Assembly: GCF_963921235.1 (NCBI RefSeq)
Contig: NC_086108.1
Location: 1,364,001-1,428,000, forward strand
Direction of reading: 5' to 3'
From: Mobula hypostoma
Taxonomy: Eukaryota
Length of the DNA: 64,000 nt
Positions within the stretch are counted from its first letter, which is position 1. Each line of letters starts with the position of its first letter. The notes beneath the pieces are model-generated. The model searched no databases, was not told where the DNA came from, and saw only the letters and a list, made by a program, of their open reading frames with translations. Below, in pieces: positions 38,601-52,270 of this stretch. The position numbers and the translations under genes are program-made.

Positions 38601-41600
38601 TCGATGGTCAGAGTAACACACACAAAATGCTAGAGGAACTCAGCAGGTCAGACAGTGTCGATGGTCAGAGTAACACACACAAAATGCTGGAGGAACTCAG
38701 CAGGTCAGACAGTGTCTACGGTCAGAGTAACACACACAAAATGCTGGAGGAACTCAGCAGGTCAGCCAGTGTCGATGGTCAGAGTAACACACACAAAATG
38801 CTGGAGGAACTCAGCAGGTCAGACAGTGTCGATGGTCAGAGTAACACACACAAAATGCTGGAGGAACTCAGCAGGTCAGACAGTGTCGATGGTCAGAGTA
38901 ACACACACAAAATGCTGGAAGAAATCAACAGGTCAGACAGTGTCGATGGTCAGAGTAACACACACAAAATGCTGGAGGAACTCAGCGGGTCAGACAGTGT
39001 CGATGGTCAGAGTAACACACACAAAATGCTGGAAGAAATCAACAGGTCAGACAGTGTCGATGGTCAGAGTAACACACACAAAATGCTGGAGGAACTCAGC
39101 AGGTCAGACAGTGTCTATGGACAGAGTAACACACACAAAATTCTGGAGGAACTCAGCGGGACAGACAGTGTCGATGTTCAGAGTAACATACACAGAATGC
39201 TGGAGGAACTCAGCGGGTCAGACATTGTCGATGGTCAGAGTAACACAGACAGAATGCTGGAGGAACTCAGCGGGTCAGACAATGTCGATGGTCAGAGTAA
39301 CACACACAAAATGCTGGAGGAACTAAGCAGGTCAGATAGTGTCGATGGTCAGAGTAACACACACAAAATGCTGGAGGAACTCAGCAGGTCAGACAGTGTC
39401 GATGGACAGAGTAACACACACAAAATGCTGGAGGAACTCAGCAGGTCAGACAGTGTCGATGGTCAGAGTAACACACAAAATGCTGGAGGAACTCGGCAGA
39501 TCAGACAGTGTCAATTGTCAGAGTAACACACACGAAATGCTGGAGGAACTCAGCAGGTCAGACAGTGTCGATGGTCTGAGTAACACACACGAAATGTTGG
39601 AGGAACTCAGCAGGTCAGACAGTGTCGATGGTCAGAGTAACACACACGAAATGCTGGAGGAACTCAGCAGGTCAGGCAGTGTCGATGGCCAGAGTAACAC
39701 ACACGAATTGCTGTAGGAACTCAGCAGGTCAGACAGTGTCGATGGTCAGAGTAACACACACGAAATGTTGGAGGAACTCAGCAGGTCAGACAGTGTCGAT
39801 GGTCAGAGTAACACATACAAAATGCTGGAGGAACTCAGCAGGTCAGACAGTGTCGATGGTCAGAGTAACACACACAGAATGCTGGAGGAACTCAGCGGGT
39901 CAGATAGTGTCGATGGTCAGAGTAACACACACAAAATGCTGGAGGAACTCAGCAGGTCAGACAATGTCGATGGTCAGAGTAACACACACAAAATGCTGGT
40001 GGAACTCAGCAGGTCAGATAGTGTCAATGGACAGAGTAACACACACAAAATGCTGGAGGAACTCAGCAGGTCAGACAGTGTCGATGGTCAGAGTAACACA
40101 TACAAAATGCTGGAGGAACTCAGCCGGTCAGACAGTGTCGATGGACAGTGTAACACACACAAAATGCTGGAGGAACTCAGCAGGTCAGACAGTGTCGATG
40201 GTCAGAGTAACACACACAAAATGCTGGAGGAACTCAGCAGGTCAGACAATGTCGATGGTCAGAGTAACACACACAAAATGCTGGTGGAACTCAGCAGGTC
40301 AGATAGTGTCAATGGACAGAGTAACACACACAAAATGCTGGAGGAACTCAGCCGGTCAGACAGTGTCGATGGTCAGAGTAACACACACAAAATGCTGGAG
40401 GAACTCAGCAGGTCAGACAGTGTCGATGGTCAGAGTAAGACACACAAAAAGCTGGAGGAACTCAGCCGGTCAGACAGTGTCGATGGTCAGATTAACACAC
40501 ACAAAATGCTGGAGGAACTCAGCAGGTCAGATAGTGTCGATGGTCAGAGTGACACACACAAAATGCTGGAGGAACTCAGTGGGTCAGACAGTGTGGATGG
40601 TCAGAGTAACACACACAAAATGCTGGAGGAACTCAGCAGGTCGGACAGTGTCTATGGTCAGAGTAACACACACAAAATGCTGAAGGAACTCAGCAGGTCA
40701 GACAGGGTCTATGGTCAGAGTAACACACACAAAATGCTGGAGGAACTCAGCAGGTCAGACAGTGTCGATGTTCAGAGTAACACACACAAAATGCTGGAGG
40801 AACTCAGCAGGTCAGACAGTGTCGATGGTCAGAGTAACACAAACAAAATGCTGGAGGAACTCAGCAGGTCGGACAGTGTCTATGGTCAGAGTAACACACA
40901 CAAAATGCTGGAGGAACTCAGCAGGTCAGACAGTGTCGATGGTCTGAGTAACACACACAAAATGCTGGAGGAACATAGCGGGTCAGACAGTGTCGATGGT
41001 CAGAGTAACACACACAGAATGCTGGAGGAACTCAGCGGGTCAGACAATGTCGATGGTCAGAGTAACACACACAAAATGCTGGAGGAACTCAGCAGGTCAG
41101 ATAGTGTCAATGGACAGAGTAACACACACAAAATGCTGGAGGAACTCAGCAGGTCAGATAGTGTCGATGGTCAGAGTAACACACACAAAATGCTGGAGGA
41201 ACTCAGCAGGTCAGATAGTGTCGATGGTCAGAGTAACACACACAAAATGCTGGAGGAACTCAGCAGGTCAGACAGGGTCTATGGTCAGAGTAACACACAC
41301 AAAATGCTGGAGGAACTCAGCAGGTCAGACAGTGTCGATGGTCAGAGTAACACACACAAAATGCTGGAGGAACTCAGCAGGTCAGACAGTGTCGATGGTC
41401 AGAGTAACACAAACAAAATGCTGGAGGAACTCAGCAGGTCAGACAGTGTCGATGGTCAGAGTAACACACACAAAATGCTGGAGGAACTCAGCAGGTCAGA
41501 CAGTGTCGATGGTCAGAGTAACACACACAAAATGCTTTAGGAACTCAGCCGGTCAGACAGTGTCGATGGTCAGAGTAACACACACAAAATGCTGGAGGAA

Positions 41601-44600
41601 CTCAGCAGGTCAGACAGTGTCGATGGTCAGAGTAACACACACAAAATGCTGGAGGAACTCAGCAGGTCAGACAGTGTCGATGGTCAGAGTAACACACACA
41701 AAATGCTGGAGGAACTCAGCAGGTCAGACAGTGTCTACGGTCAGAGTAACACACACAAAATGCTGGAGGAACTCAGCAGGTCAGACAGTGTCGATGGTCA
41801 GAGTAACACAGACAGAATGCTGGAGGAACTCAGCGGGTCAGACAATGTCGATGGTCAGAGTAACACACACAAAATGCTGGAGGAATTCAGCAGGTCAGAC
41901 AGTGTCGATGGTCAGAGTAACACACACAAAATGCTGGAGGAACTCAGCAGGTCGGACAGTGTCGATGGTCAGAGTAACACACACGAAATGCTGGAGGAAC
42001 TCAGCAGGTCAGACAGTGTCGATGGTCAGAGTAACACACACAAAATGCTGGAGGAACTCAGCAGGTCAGACAGTGTCTATGGACAGAGTAACACACACAA
42101 AATGCTGGAGGAACACAGCAGGTCAGACAGTGTCGATGGTCAGAGTAACACACACAAAATGCTGGAGGAACTCAGCAGGTCAGACAGTGTCGATGGTCAG
42201 AGTAACACACACAAAATGCTGGAGGAACTAAGCAGGTCAGATAGTGTCGATGGTCAGAGTAACACACACAAAATGCTGGAGGTACTCAGCAGGTCAGACA
42301 GTATCGATGGACAGAGTAACACACACAAAATGCTGGAGGAACTCAGCAGGTCAGACAGTTTCGATGGTCAGAGTTAGACACACAAAATGCTGGAGGAACT
42401 CAGCCGGTCAGACAGTGTCAATGGTCAGATTAACACACACAAAATGCTGGAGGAACTCAGCAGGTCAGACAGTGTCGATGGTCAGAGTAACACACAAAAT
42501 GCTGGAGGAACTCGGCAGATCAGACAGTGTCAATTGTCAGAGTAACACACACGAAATGCTGGAGGAACTCAGCAGGTCAGACAGTGTCGATGGTCTGAGT
42601 AACACACACGAAATGTTGGAGGAACTCAGCAGGTCAGACAGTGTCGATGGTCAGAGTAACACATACGAAATGCTGGAGGAACTCAGCAGGTCAGGCAGTG
42701 TCGATGGCCAGAGTAACACACACGAATTGCTGGAGGAACTCAGCAGCTCAGACAGTGTCGATGGTCAGAGTAACACACACGAAATGTTGAAGGAACTCAG
42801 CAGGTCAGACAGTGTCGATGGTCAGAGTAACACATACAAAATGCTGGAGGAACTCAGCAGGTCAGACAGTGTCGATGGTCAGAGTAACACACACAGAATG
42901 CTGGAGGAACTCAGCGGGTCAGACAATATCGATGGTCAGAGTAACACACACAAAATGCTGGTGGAACTCAGCAGGTCAGATAGTGTCAATGGACAGAGTA
43001 ACACACACAAAATGCTGGAGGAACTCAGCAGGTCAGACAGTGTCGATGGTCAGATTAACACACACAAAATGCTGGAGGAACTCAGCAGGTCAGATAGTGT
43101 CGATGGTCAGAGTGACACACACAAAATGCTGGAGGAACTCAGTGGGTCAGACAGTGTGGATGGTCAGAGTAACACACACAAAATGCTGGAGGAACTCAGC
43201 AGGTCGGACAGTGTCTATGGTCAGAGTAACACACACAAAATGCTGAAGGAACTCAGCAGGTCAGACAGGGTCTATGGTCAGAGTAACACACACAAAATGC
43301 TGGAGGAACTCAGCAGGTCAGACAGTGTCGATGGTCAGAGTAACACACACAAAATGCTGGAGGAACTCAGCAGGTCAGACAGTGTCGATGGTCAGAGTAA
43401 CACAAACAAAATGTTGGAGGAACTCAGCAGGTCGGACAGTGTCTATGGTCAGAGTAACACACACAAAATGCTGGAGGAACTCAGCAGGTCAGACAGTGTC
43501 GATGGTCTGAGTAACACACACAAAATGCTGGAGGAACATAGCGGGTCAGACAGTGTCGATGGTCAGAGTAACACACACAGAATGCTGGAGGAACTCAGCG
43601 GGTCAGACAATGTCGATGGTCAGAGTAACACACACAAAATGCTGGAGGAACTCAGCAGGTCAGATAGTGTCAATGGACAGAGTAACACACACAAAATGCT
43701 GGAGGAACTCAGCCGGTCAGACAGTGTCGATGGTCAGAGTAACACACACAAAATGCTGGAGGAACTCAGCGGGTCAGATAGTGTCGATGGTCAGAGTAAC
43801 ACACACAAAATGCTGGAGGAACTCAGCAGGTTAGACAGTGTCGATGGTCAGAGTAACACACACAAAATGCTAGAGGAACTCAGCAGGTCAGACAGTGTCG
43901 ATGGTCAGAGTAACACACACAAAATGCTGGAGGAACTCAGCAGGTCAGACAGTGTCGATGGTCAGAGTAACACAAACAAAATGCTGGAGGAACTCAGCAG
44001 GTCAGATAGTGTCGATGGTCAGAGTAACACACACAAAATGCTGGAGGAACTCAGCAGGTCAGATAGTGTCGATGGTCAGAGTAACATACACAAAATGGTG
44101 GAGGAACTCAGCAGGTCAGACAGGGTCTATGGTCAGAGTAACACACACAAAATGCTGGAGGAACTCAGCAGGTCAGACAGTGTCGATGGTCAGAGTAACA
44201 CACACAAAATGCTGGAGGAACTCAGCAGGTCAGACAGTGTCGATGGTCAGAGTAACACACACAAAATGCTGGAAGAAATCAACAGGTCAGACAATGTCGA
44301 TGGTCAGAGTAACACACACGAAATGCTGTAGGAACTCAGCAGGTCAGATAGTGTCGATGGTCAGAGTAACACAGACAAAATGCTGAAGGAACTCAGCAGG
44401 TCAGACAGTGTCGATGGTCAGAGTAACACACACAAAATGCTGAAGGAACTCAGCAGGTCAGACAGTGTCTATGGACAGAGTAACACACACAAAATTCTGG
44501 AGGAACTCAGCGGGACAGACAGTGTCGATGGTCAGAGTAACACACACAGAATGCTGGAGGAACTCAGCGGGTCAGACATTGTCGATGGTCAGAGTAACAC

Positions 44601-47600
44601 AGACACAATGCTGGAGGAACTCAGCGGGTCAGACAATGTCGATGGTCAGAGTAACACACACAAAATGCTGGAGGAATTCAGCAGGTCAGATAGTGTCGAT
44701 GGTCAGAGTAACACACACAAAATTCTGGAGGAACTCAGCAGGTCAGACAGTGTCGATGGTCAGAGTAACACACACAAAATTCTGGAGGAACTCAGCGGGA
44801 CAGACAGTGTCGATGGTCAGAGTAACACACACAAAATTCTGGAGGAACTCAGCGGGACAGACAGTGTCGATGGTCAGAGTAACACACACAGAATGCTGGA
44901 GGAACTCAGCGGGTCAGACATTGTCGATGGTCAGAGTAACACAGACACAATGCTGGAGGAACTCAGCGGGTCAGACAATGTCGATGGTCAGAGTAACACA
45001 CACAAAATGCTGGAGGAATTCAGCAGGTCAGATGGTGTCGATGGTCAGAGTAACACACACAAAATTCTGGAGGAACTCAGCAGGTCAGACAGTGTCGATG
45101 GTCAGAGTAACACACACAAAATTCTGGAGGAACTCAGCGGGACAGACAGTGTCGATGGTCAGAGTAACACACACAAAATGCTGGAGGAACACAGCCGGTC
45201 AGACAGTGTCGATGGTCAGAGTAACACACACAAAATGCTGGAGGAACTAAGCAGGTCAGATAGTGTCGATGGTCAGAGTAACACACACAAAATGCTGGAG
45301 GAACTCAGCAGGTCAGACAGTGTCGATGGACAGAGTAACACACACAAAATGCTGGAGGAACTCAGCAGGTCAGACAGTTTCGATGGTCAGAGTTAGACAC
45401 ACAAAATGCTGGAGGAACTCAGCCGGTCAGGCAGTGTCAATGGTCAGATTAACACACACAAAATGCTGGAGGAACTCAGCAGGTCAGACAGTGTCGATGG
45501 TCAGAGTAACACACAAAATGCTGGAGGAACTCGGAAGATCAGACAGTGTCAATTGTCAGAGTAACACACACGAAATGCTGGAGGAACTCAGCAGGTCAGA
45601 CAGTGTCGATGGTCTGAGTAACACACACGAAATGTTGGAGGAACTCAGCAGGTCAGACAGTGTCGATGGTCAGAGTAACACACACGAAATGCTGGAGGAA
45701 CTCAGCAGGTCAGGCAGTGTCGATGGTCAGAGTAACACACACAAAATGCTGGAGGAACTTAGCGGGTCAGACAATGTCGATGGTCAGAGTAACACACACA
45801 AAATGCTGGAGGAACTCAGCAGGTCAGACAGTGTCGATGGTCAGAGTAACACACACAGAATGCTGGAGGAACTCAGCGGGTCAGACAATGTCGATGGTCA
45901 GAGTAACACACACAAAATGCTGGTGGAACTCAGCAGGTCAGATAGTGTCAATGGACAGAGTAACACACACAAAATGCTGTAGGAACTCAGCCGGTCAGAC
46001 AGTGTCGATGGTCAGAGTAACACACACAAAATGCTGGAGGAACTCAGCAGGTCAGACAGTGTCGATGGTCAGAGTAAGACACACAAAAAGCTGGAGGAAC
46101 TCAGCCGGTCAGACAGTGTCGATGGTCAGATTAACACACACAAAATGCTGGAGGAACTCAGCAGGTCAGATAGTGTCGATGGTCAGAGTGACACACACAA
46201 AATGCTGGAGGAACTCAGTGGGTCAGACAGTGTGGATGGTCAGAGTAACACACACAAAATGCTGGAGGAACTCAGCAGGTCGGACAGTGTCTATGGTCAG
46301 AGTAACACACACAAAATGCTGAAGGAACTCAGCAGGTCAGACAGGGTCTATGGTCAGAGTAACACACACAAAATGCTGGAGGAACTCAGCAGGTCAGACA
46401 GTGTCGATGGTCAGAGTAACACACACAAAATGCTGGAGGAACTCAGCAGGTCAGACAGTGTCGATGGTCAGAGTAACACAAACAAAATGTTGGAGGAACT
46501 CAGCAGGCCGGACAGTGTCTATGGTCAGAGTAACACACACAAAATGCTGGAGGAACTCAGCAGGTCAGACAGTGTCGATGGTCTGAGTAACACACACAAA
46601 ATGCTGGAGGAACATAGCGGGTCAGACAGTGTCGATGGTCAGAGTAACACACACAGAATGCTGGAGGAACTCAGCGGGTCAGACAATGTCGATGGTCAGA
46701 GTAACACACACAAAATGCTGGAGGAACTCAGCAGGTCAGATAGTGTCAATGGACAGAGTAACACACACAAAATGCTGGAGGAACTCAGCCGGTCAGACAG
46801 TGTCGATGGTCAGAGTAACACACACAAAATGCTGGAGGAACTCAGCGGGTCAGATAGTGTCGATGGTCAGAGTAACACACACAAAATGCTGGAGGAACTC
46901 AGCAGGTTAGACAGTGTCGATGGTCAGAGTAACACACACAAAATGCTAGAGGAACTCAGCAGGTCAGACAGTGTCGATGGTCAGAGTAACACACACAAAA
47001 TGCTGGAGGAACTCAGCAGGTCAGACAGTGTCTACGGTCAGAGTAACACACACAAAATGCTGGAGGAACTCAGCAGGTCAGCCAGTGTCGATGGTCAGAG
47101 TATCACACACAAAATGCTGGAGGAACTCAGCAGGTCAGACAGTGTCGATGGTCAGAGTAACACACACAAAATGCTGGAGGAACTCAGCAGGTCAGACAGT
47201 GTCGATGGTCAGAGTAACACACACAAAATGCTGGAAGAAATCAACAGGTCAGACAGTGTCGATGGTCAGAGTAACACACACAAAATGCTGGAGGAACTCA
47301 GCGGGTCAGACAGTGTCGATGGTCAGAGTAACACACACAAAATGCTGGAAGAAATCAACAGGTCAGACAGTGTCGATGGTCAGAGTAACACACACAAAAT
47401 GCTGGAGGAACTCAGCAGGTCAGACAGTGTCTATGGACAGAGTAACACACACAAAATTCTGGAGGAACTCAGCGGGACAGACAGTGTCGATGGTCAGAGT
47501 AACATACACAGAATGCTGGAGGAACTCAGCGGGTCAGACATTGTCGATGGTCAGAGTAACACAGACAGAATGCTGGAGGAACTCAGCGGGTCAGACAATG

Positions 47601-50600
47601 TCGATGGTCAGAGTAACACACACAAAATGCTGGAGGAACTAAGCAGGTCAGATAGTGTCGATGGTCAGAGTAACACACACAAAATGCTGGAGGAACTCAG
47701 CAGGTCAGACAGTGTCGATGGACAGAGTAACACACACAAAATGCTGGAGGAACTCAGCAGGTCAGACAGTGTCGATGGTCAGAGTAACACACAAAATGCT
47801 GGAGGAACTCGGCAGATCAGACAGTGTCAATTGTCAGAGTAACACACACGAAATGCTGGAGGAACTCAGCAGGTCAGACAGTGTCGATGGTCTGAGTAAC
47901 ACACACGAAATGTTGGAGGAACTCAGCAGGTCAGACAGTGTCGATGGTCAGAGTAACACACACGAAATGCTGGAGGAACTCAGCAGGTCAGGCAGTGTCG
48001 ATGGCCAGAGTAACACACACGAATTGCTGTAGGAACTCAGCAGGTCAGACAGTGTCGATGGTCAGAGTAACACACACGAAATGTTGGAGGAACTCAGCAG
48101 GTCAGACAGTGTCGATGGTCAGAGTAACACATACAAAATGCTGGAGGAACTCAGCAGGTCAGACAGTGTCGATGGTCAGAGTAACACACACAGAATGCTG
48201 GAGGAACTCAGCGGGTCAGATAGTGTCGATGGTCAGAGTAACACACACAAAATGCTGGAGGAACTCAGCAGGTCAGACAATGTCGATGGTCAGAGTAACA
48301 CACACAAAATGCTGGTGGAACTCAGCAGGTCAGATAGTGTCAATGGACAGAGTAACACACACAAAATGCTGGAGGAACTCAGCAGGTCAGACAGTGTCGA
48401 TGGTCAGAGTAACACATACAAAATGCTGGAGGAACTCAGCCGGTCAGACAGTGTCGATGGACAGTGTAACACACACAAAATGCTGGAGGAACTCAGCAGG
48501 TCAGACAGTGTCGATGGTCAGAGTAACACACACAAAATGCTGGAGGAACTCAGCAGGTCAGACAATGTCGATGGTCAGAGTAACACACACAAAATGCTGG
48601 TGGAACTCAGCAGGTCAGATAGTGTCAATGGACAGAGTAACACACACAAAATGCTGGAGGAACTCAGCCGGTCAGACAGTGTCGATGGTCAGAGTAACAC
48701 ACACAAAATGCTGGAGGAACTCAGCAGGTCAGACAGTGTCGATGGTCAGAGTAAGACACACAAAAAGCTGGAGGAACTCAGCCGGTCAGACAGTGTCGAT
48801 GGTCAGATTAACACACACAAAATGCTGGAGGAACTCAGCAGGTCAGATAGTGTCGATGGTCAGAGTGACACACACAAAATGCTGGAGGAACTCAGTGGGT
48901 CAGACAGTGTGGATGGTCAGAGTAACACACACAAAATGCTGGAGGAACTCAGCAGGTCGGACAGTGTCTATGGTCAGAGTAACACACACAAAATGCTGAA
49001 GGAACTCAGCAGGTCAGACAGGGTCTATGGTCAGAGTAACACACACAAAATGCTGGAGGAACTCAGCAGGTCAGACAGTGTCGATGTTCAGAGTAACACA
49101 CACAAAATGCTGGAGGAACTCAGCAGGTCAGACAGTGTCGATGGTCAGAGTAACACAAACAAAATGCTGGAGGAACTCAGCAGGTCGGACAGTGTCTATG
49201 GTCAGAGTAACACACACAAAATGCTGGAGGAACTCAGCAGGTCAGACAGTGTCGATGGTCTGAGTAACACACACAAAATGCTGGAGGAACATAGCGGGTC
49301 AGACAGTGTCGATGGTCAGAGTAACACACACAGAATGCTGGAGGAACTCAGCGGGTCAGACAATGTCGATGGTCAGAGTAACACACACAAAATGCTGGAG
49401 GAACTCAGCAGGTCAGATAGTGTCAATGGACAGAGTAACACACACAAAATGCTGGAGGAACTCAGCAGGTCAGATAGTGTCGATGGTCAGAGTAACACAC
49501 ACAAAATGCTGGAGGAACTCAGCAGGTCAGATAGTGTCGATGGTCAGAGTAACACACACAAAATGCTGGAGGAACTCAGCAGGTCAGACAGGGTCTATGG
49601 TCAGAGTAACACACACAAAATGCTGGAGGAACTCAGCAGGTCAGACAGTGTCGATGGTCAGAGTAACACACACAAAATGCTGGAGGAACTCAGCAGGTCA
49701 GACAGTGTCGATGGTCAGAGTAACACAAACAAAATGCTGGAGGAACTCAGCAGGTCAGACAGTGTCGATGGTCAGAGTAACACACACAAAATGCTGGAGG
49801 AACTCAGCAGGTCAGACAGTGTCGATGGTCAGAGTAACACACACAAAATGCTTTAGGAACTCAGCCGGTCAGACAGTGTCGATGGTCAGAGTAACACACA
49901 CAAAATGCTGGAGGAACTCAGCAGGTCAGACAGTGTCGATGGTCAGAGTAACACACACAAAATGCTGGAGGAACTCAGCAGGTCAGACAGTGTCGATGGT
50001 CAGAGTAACACACACAAAATGCTGGAGGAACTCAGCAGGTCAGACAGTGTCTACGGTCAGAGTAACACACACAAAATGCTGGAGGAACTCAGCAGGTCAG
50101 ACAGTGTCGATGGTCAGAGTAACACAGACAGAATGCTGGAGGAACTCAGCGGGTCAGACAATGTCGATGGTCAGAGTAACACACACAAAATGCTGGAGGA
50201 ATTCAGCAGGTCAGACAGTGTCGATGGTCAGAGTAACACACACAAAATGCTGGAGGAACTCAGCAGGTCGGACAGTGTCGATGGTCAGAGTAACACACAC
50301 GAAATGCTGGAGGAACTCAGCAGGTCAGACAGTGTCGATGGTCAGAGTAACACACACAAAATGCTGGAGGAACTCAGCAGGTCAGACAGTGTCTATGGAC
50401 AGAGTAACACACACAAAATGCTGGAGGAACACAGCAGGTCAGACAGTGTCGATGGTCAGAGTAACACACACAAAATGCTGGAGGAACTCAGCAGGTCAGA
50501 CAGTGTCGATGGTCAGAGTAACACACACAAAATGCTGGAGGAACTAAGCAGGTCAGATAGTGTCGATGGTCAGAGTAACACACACAAAATGCTGGAGGTA

Positions 50601-52270
50601 CTCAGCAGGTCAGACAGTATCGATGGACAGAGTAACACACACAAAATGCTGGAGGAACTCAGCAGGTCAGACAGTTTCGATGGTCAGAGTTAGACACACA
50701 AAATGCTGGAGGAACTCAGCCGGTCAGACAGTGTCAATGGTCAGATTAACACACACAAAATGCTGGAGGAACTCAGCAGGTCAGACAGTGTCGATGGTCA
50801 GAGTAACACACAAAATGCTGGAGGAACTCGGCAGATCAGACAGTGTCAATTGTCAGAGTAACACACACGAAATGCTGGAGGAACTCAGCAGGTCAGACAG
50901 TGTCGATGGTCTGAGTAACACACACGAAATGTTGGAGGAACTCAGCAGGTCAGACAGTGTCGATGGTCAGAGTAACACATACGAAATGCTGGAGGAACTC
51001 AGCAGGTCAGGCAGTGTCGATGGCCAGAGTAACACACACGAATTGCTGGAGGAACTCAGCAGCTCAGACAGTGTCGATGGTCAGAGTAACACACACGAAA
51101 TGTTGAAGGAACTCAGCAGGTCAGACAGTGTCGATGGTCAGAGTAACACATACAAAATGCTGGAGGAACTCAGCAGGTCAGACAGTGTCGATGGTCAGAG
51201 TAACACACACAGAATGCTGGAGGAACTCAGCGGGTCAGACAATATCGATGGTCAGAGTAACACACACAAAATGCTGGTGGAACTCAGCAGGTCAGATAGT
51301 GTCAATGGACAGAGTAACACACACAAAATGCTGGAGGAACTCAGCAGGTCAGACAGTGTCGATGGTCAGATTAACACACACAAAATGCTGGAGGAACTCA
51401 GCAGGTCAGATAGTGTCGATGGTCAGAGTGACACACACAAAATGCTGGAGGAACTCAGTGGGTCAGACAGTGTGGATGGTCAGAGTAACACACACAAAAT
51501 GCTGGAGGAACTCAGCAGGTCGGACAGTGTCTATGGTCAGAGTAACACACACAAAATGCTGAAGGAACTCAGCAGGTCAGACAGGGTCTATGGTCAGAGT
51601 AACACACACAAAATGCTGGAGGAACTCAGCAGGTCAGACAGTGTCGATGGTCAGAGTAACACACACAAAATGCTGGAGGAACTCAGCAGGTCAGACAGTG
51701 TCGATGGTCAGAGTAACACAAACAAAATGTTGGAGGAACTCAGCAGGTCGGACAGTGTCTATGGTCAGAGTAACACACACAAAATGCTGGAGGAACTCAG
51801 CAGGTCAGACAGTGTCGATGGTCTGAGTAACACACACAAAATGCTGGAGGAACATAGCGGGTCAGACAGTGTCGATGGTCAGAGTAACACACACAGAATG
51901 CTGGAGGAACTCAGCGGGTCAGACAATGTCGATGGTCAGAGTAACACACACAAAATGCTGGAGGAACTCAGCAGGTCAGATAGTGTCAATGGACAGAGTA
52001 ACACACACAAAATGCTGGAGGAACTCAGCCGGTCAGACAGTGTCGATGGTCAGAGTAACACACACAAAATGCTGGAGGAACTCAGCGGGTCAGATAGTGT
52101 CGATGGTCAGAGTAACACACACAAAATGCTGGAGGAACTCAGCAGGTTAGACAGTGTCGATGGTCAGAGTAACACACACAAAATGCTAGAGGAACTCAGC
52201 AGGTCAGACAGTGTCGATGGTCAGAGTAACACACACAAAATGCTGGAGGAACTCAGCAGGTCAGACAGTG
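35630..52270. repeat. Near-identical tandem duplication, 8316-bp unit (146 monomers), two copies
   Basis: ORF landmarks 36064/44380, 37715/46031, 39765/48081, 41589/49905 and 42244/50560 all differ by 8316 = 146x57-6 (three 55-bp monomers). Only a few differences were seen by eye. Confidence 0.93.
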
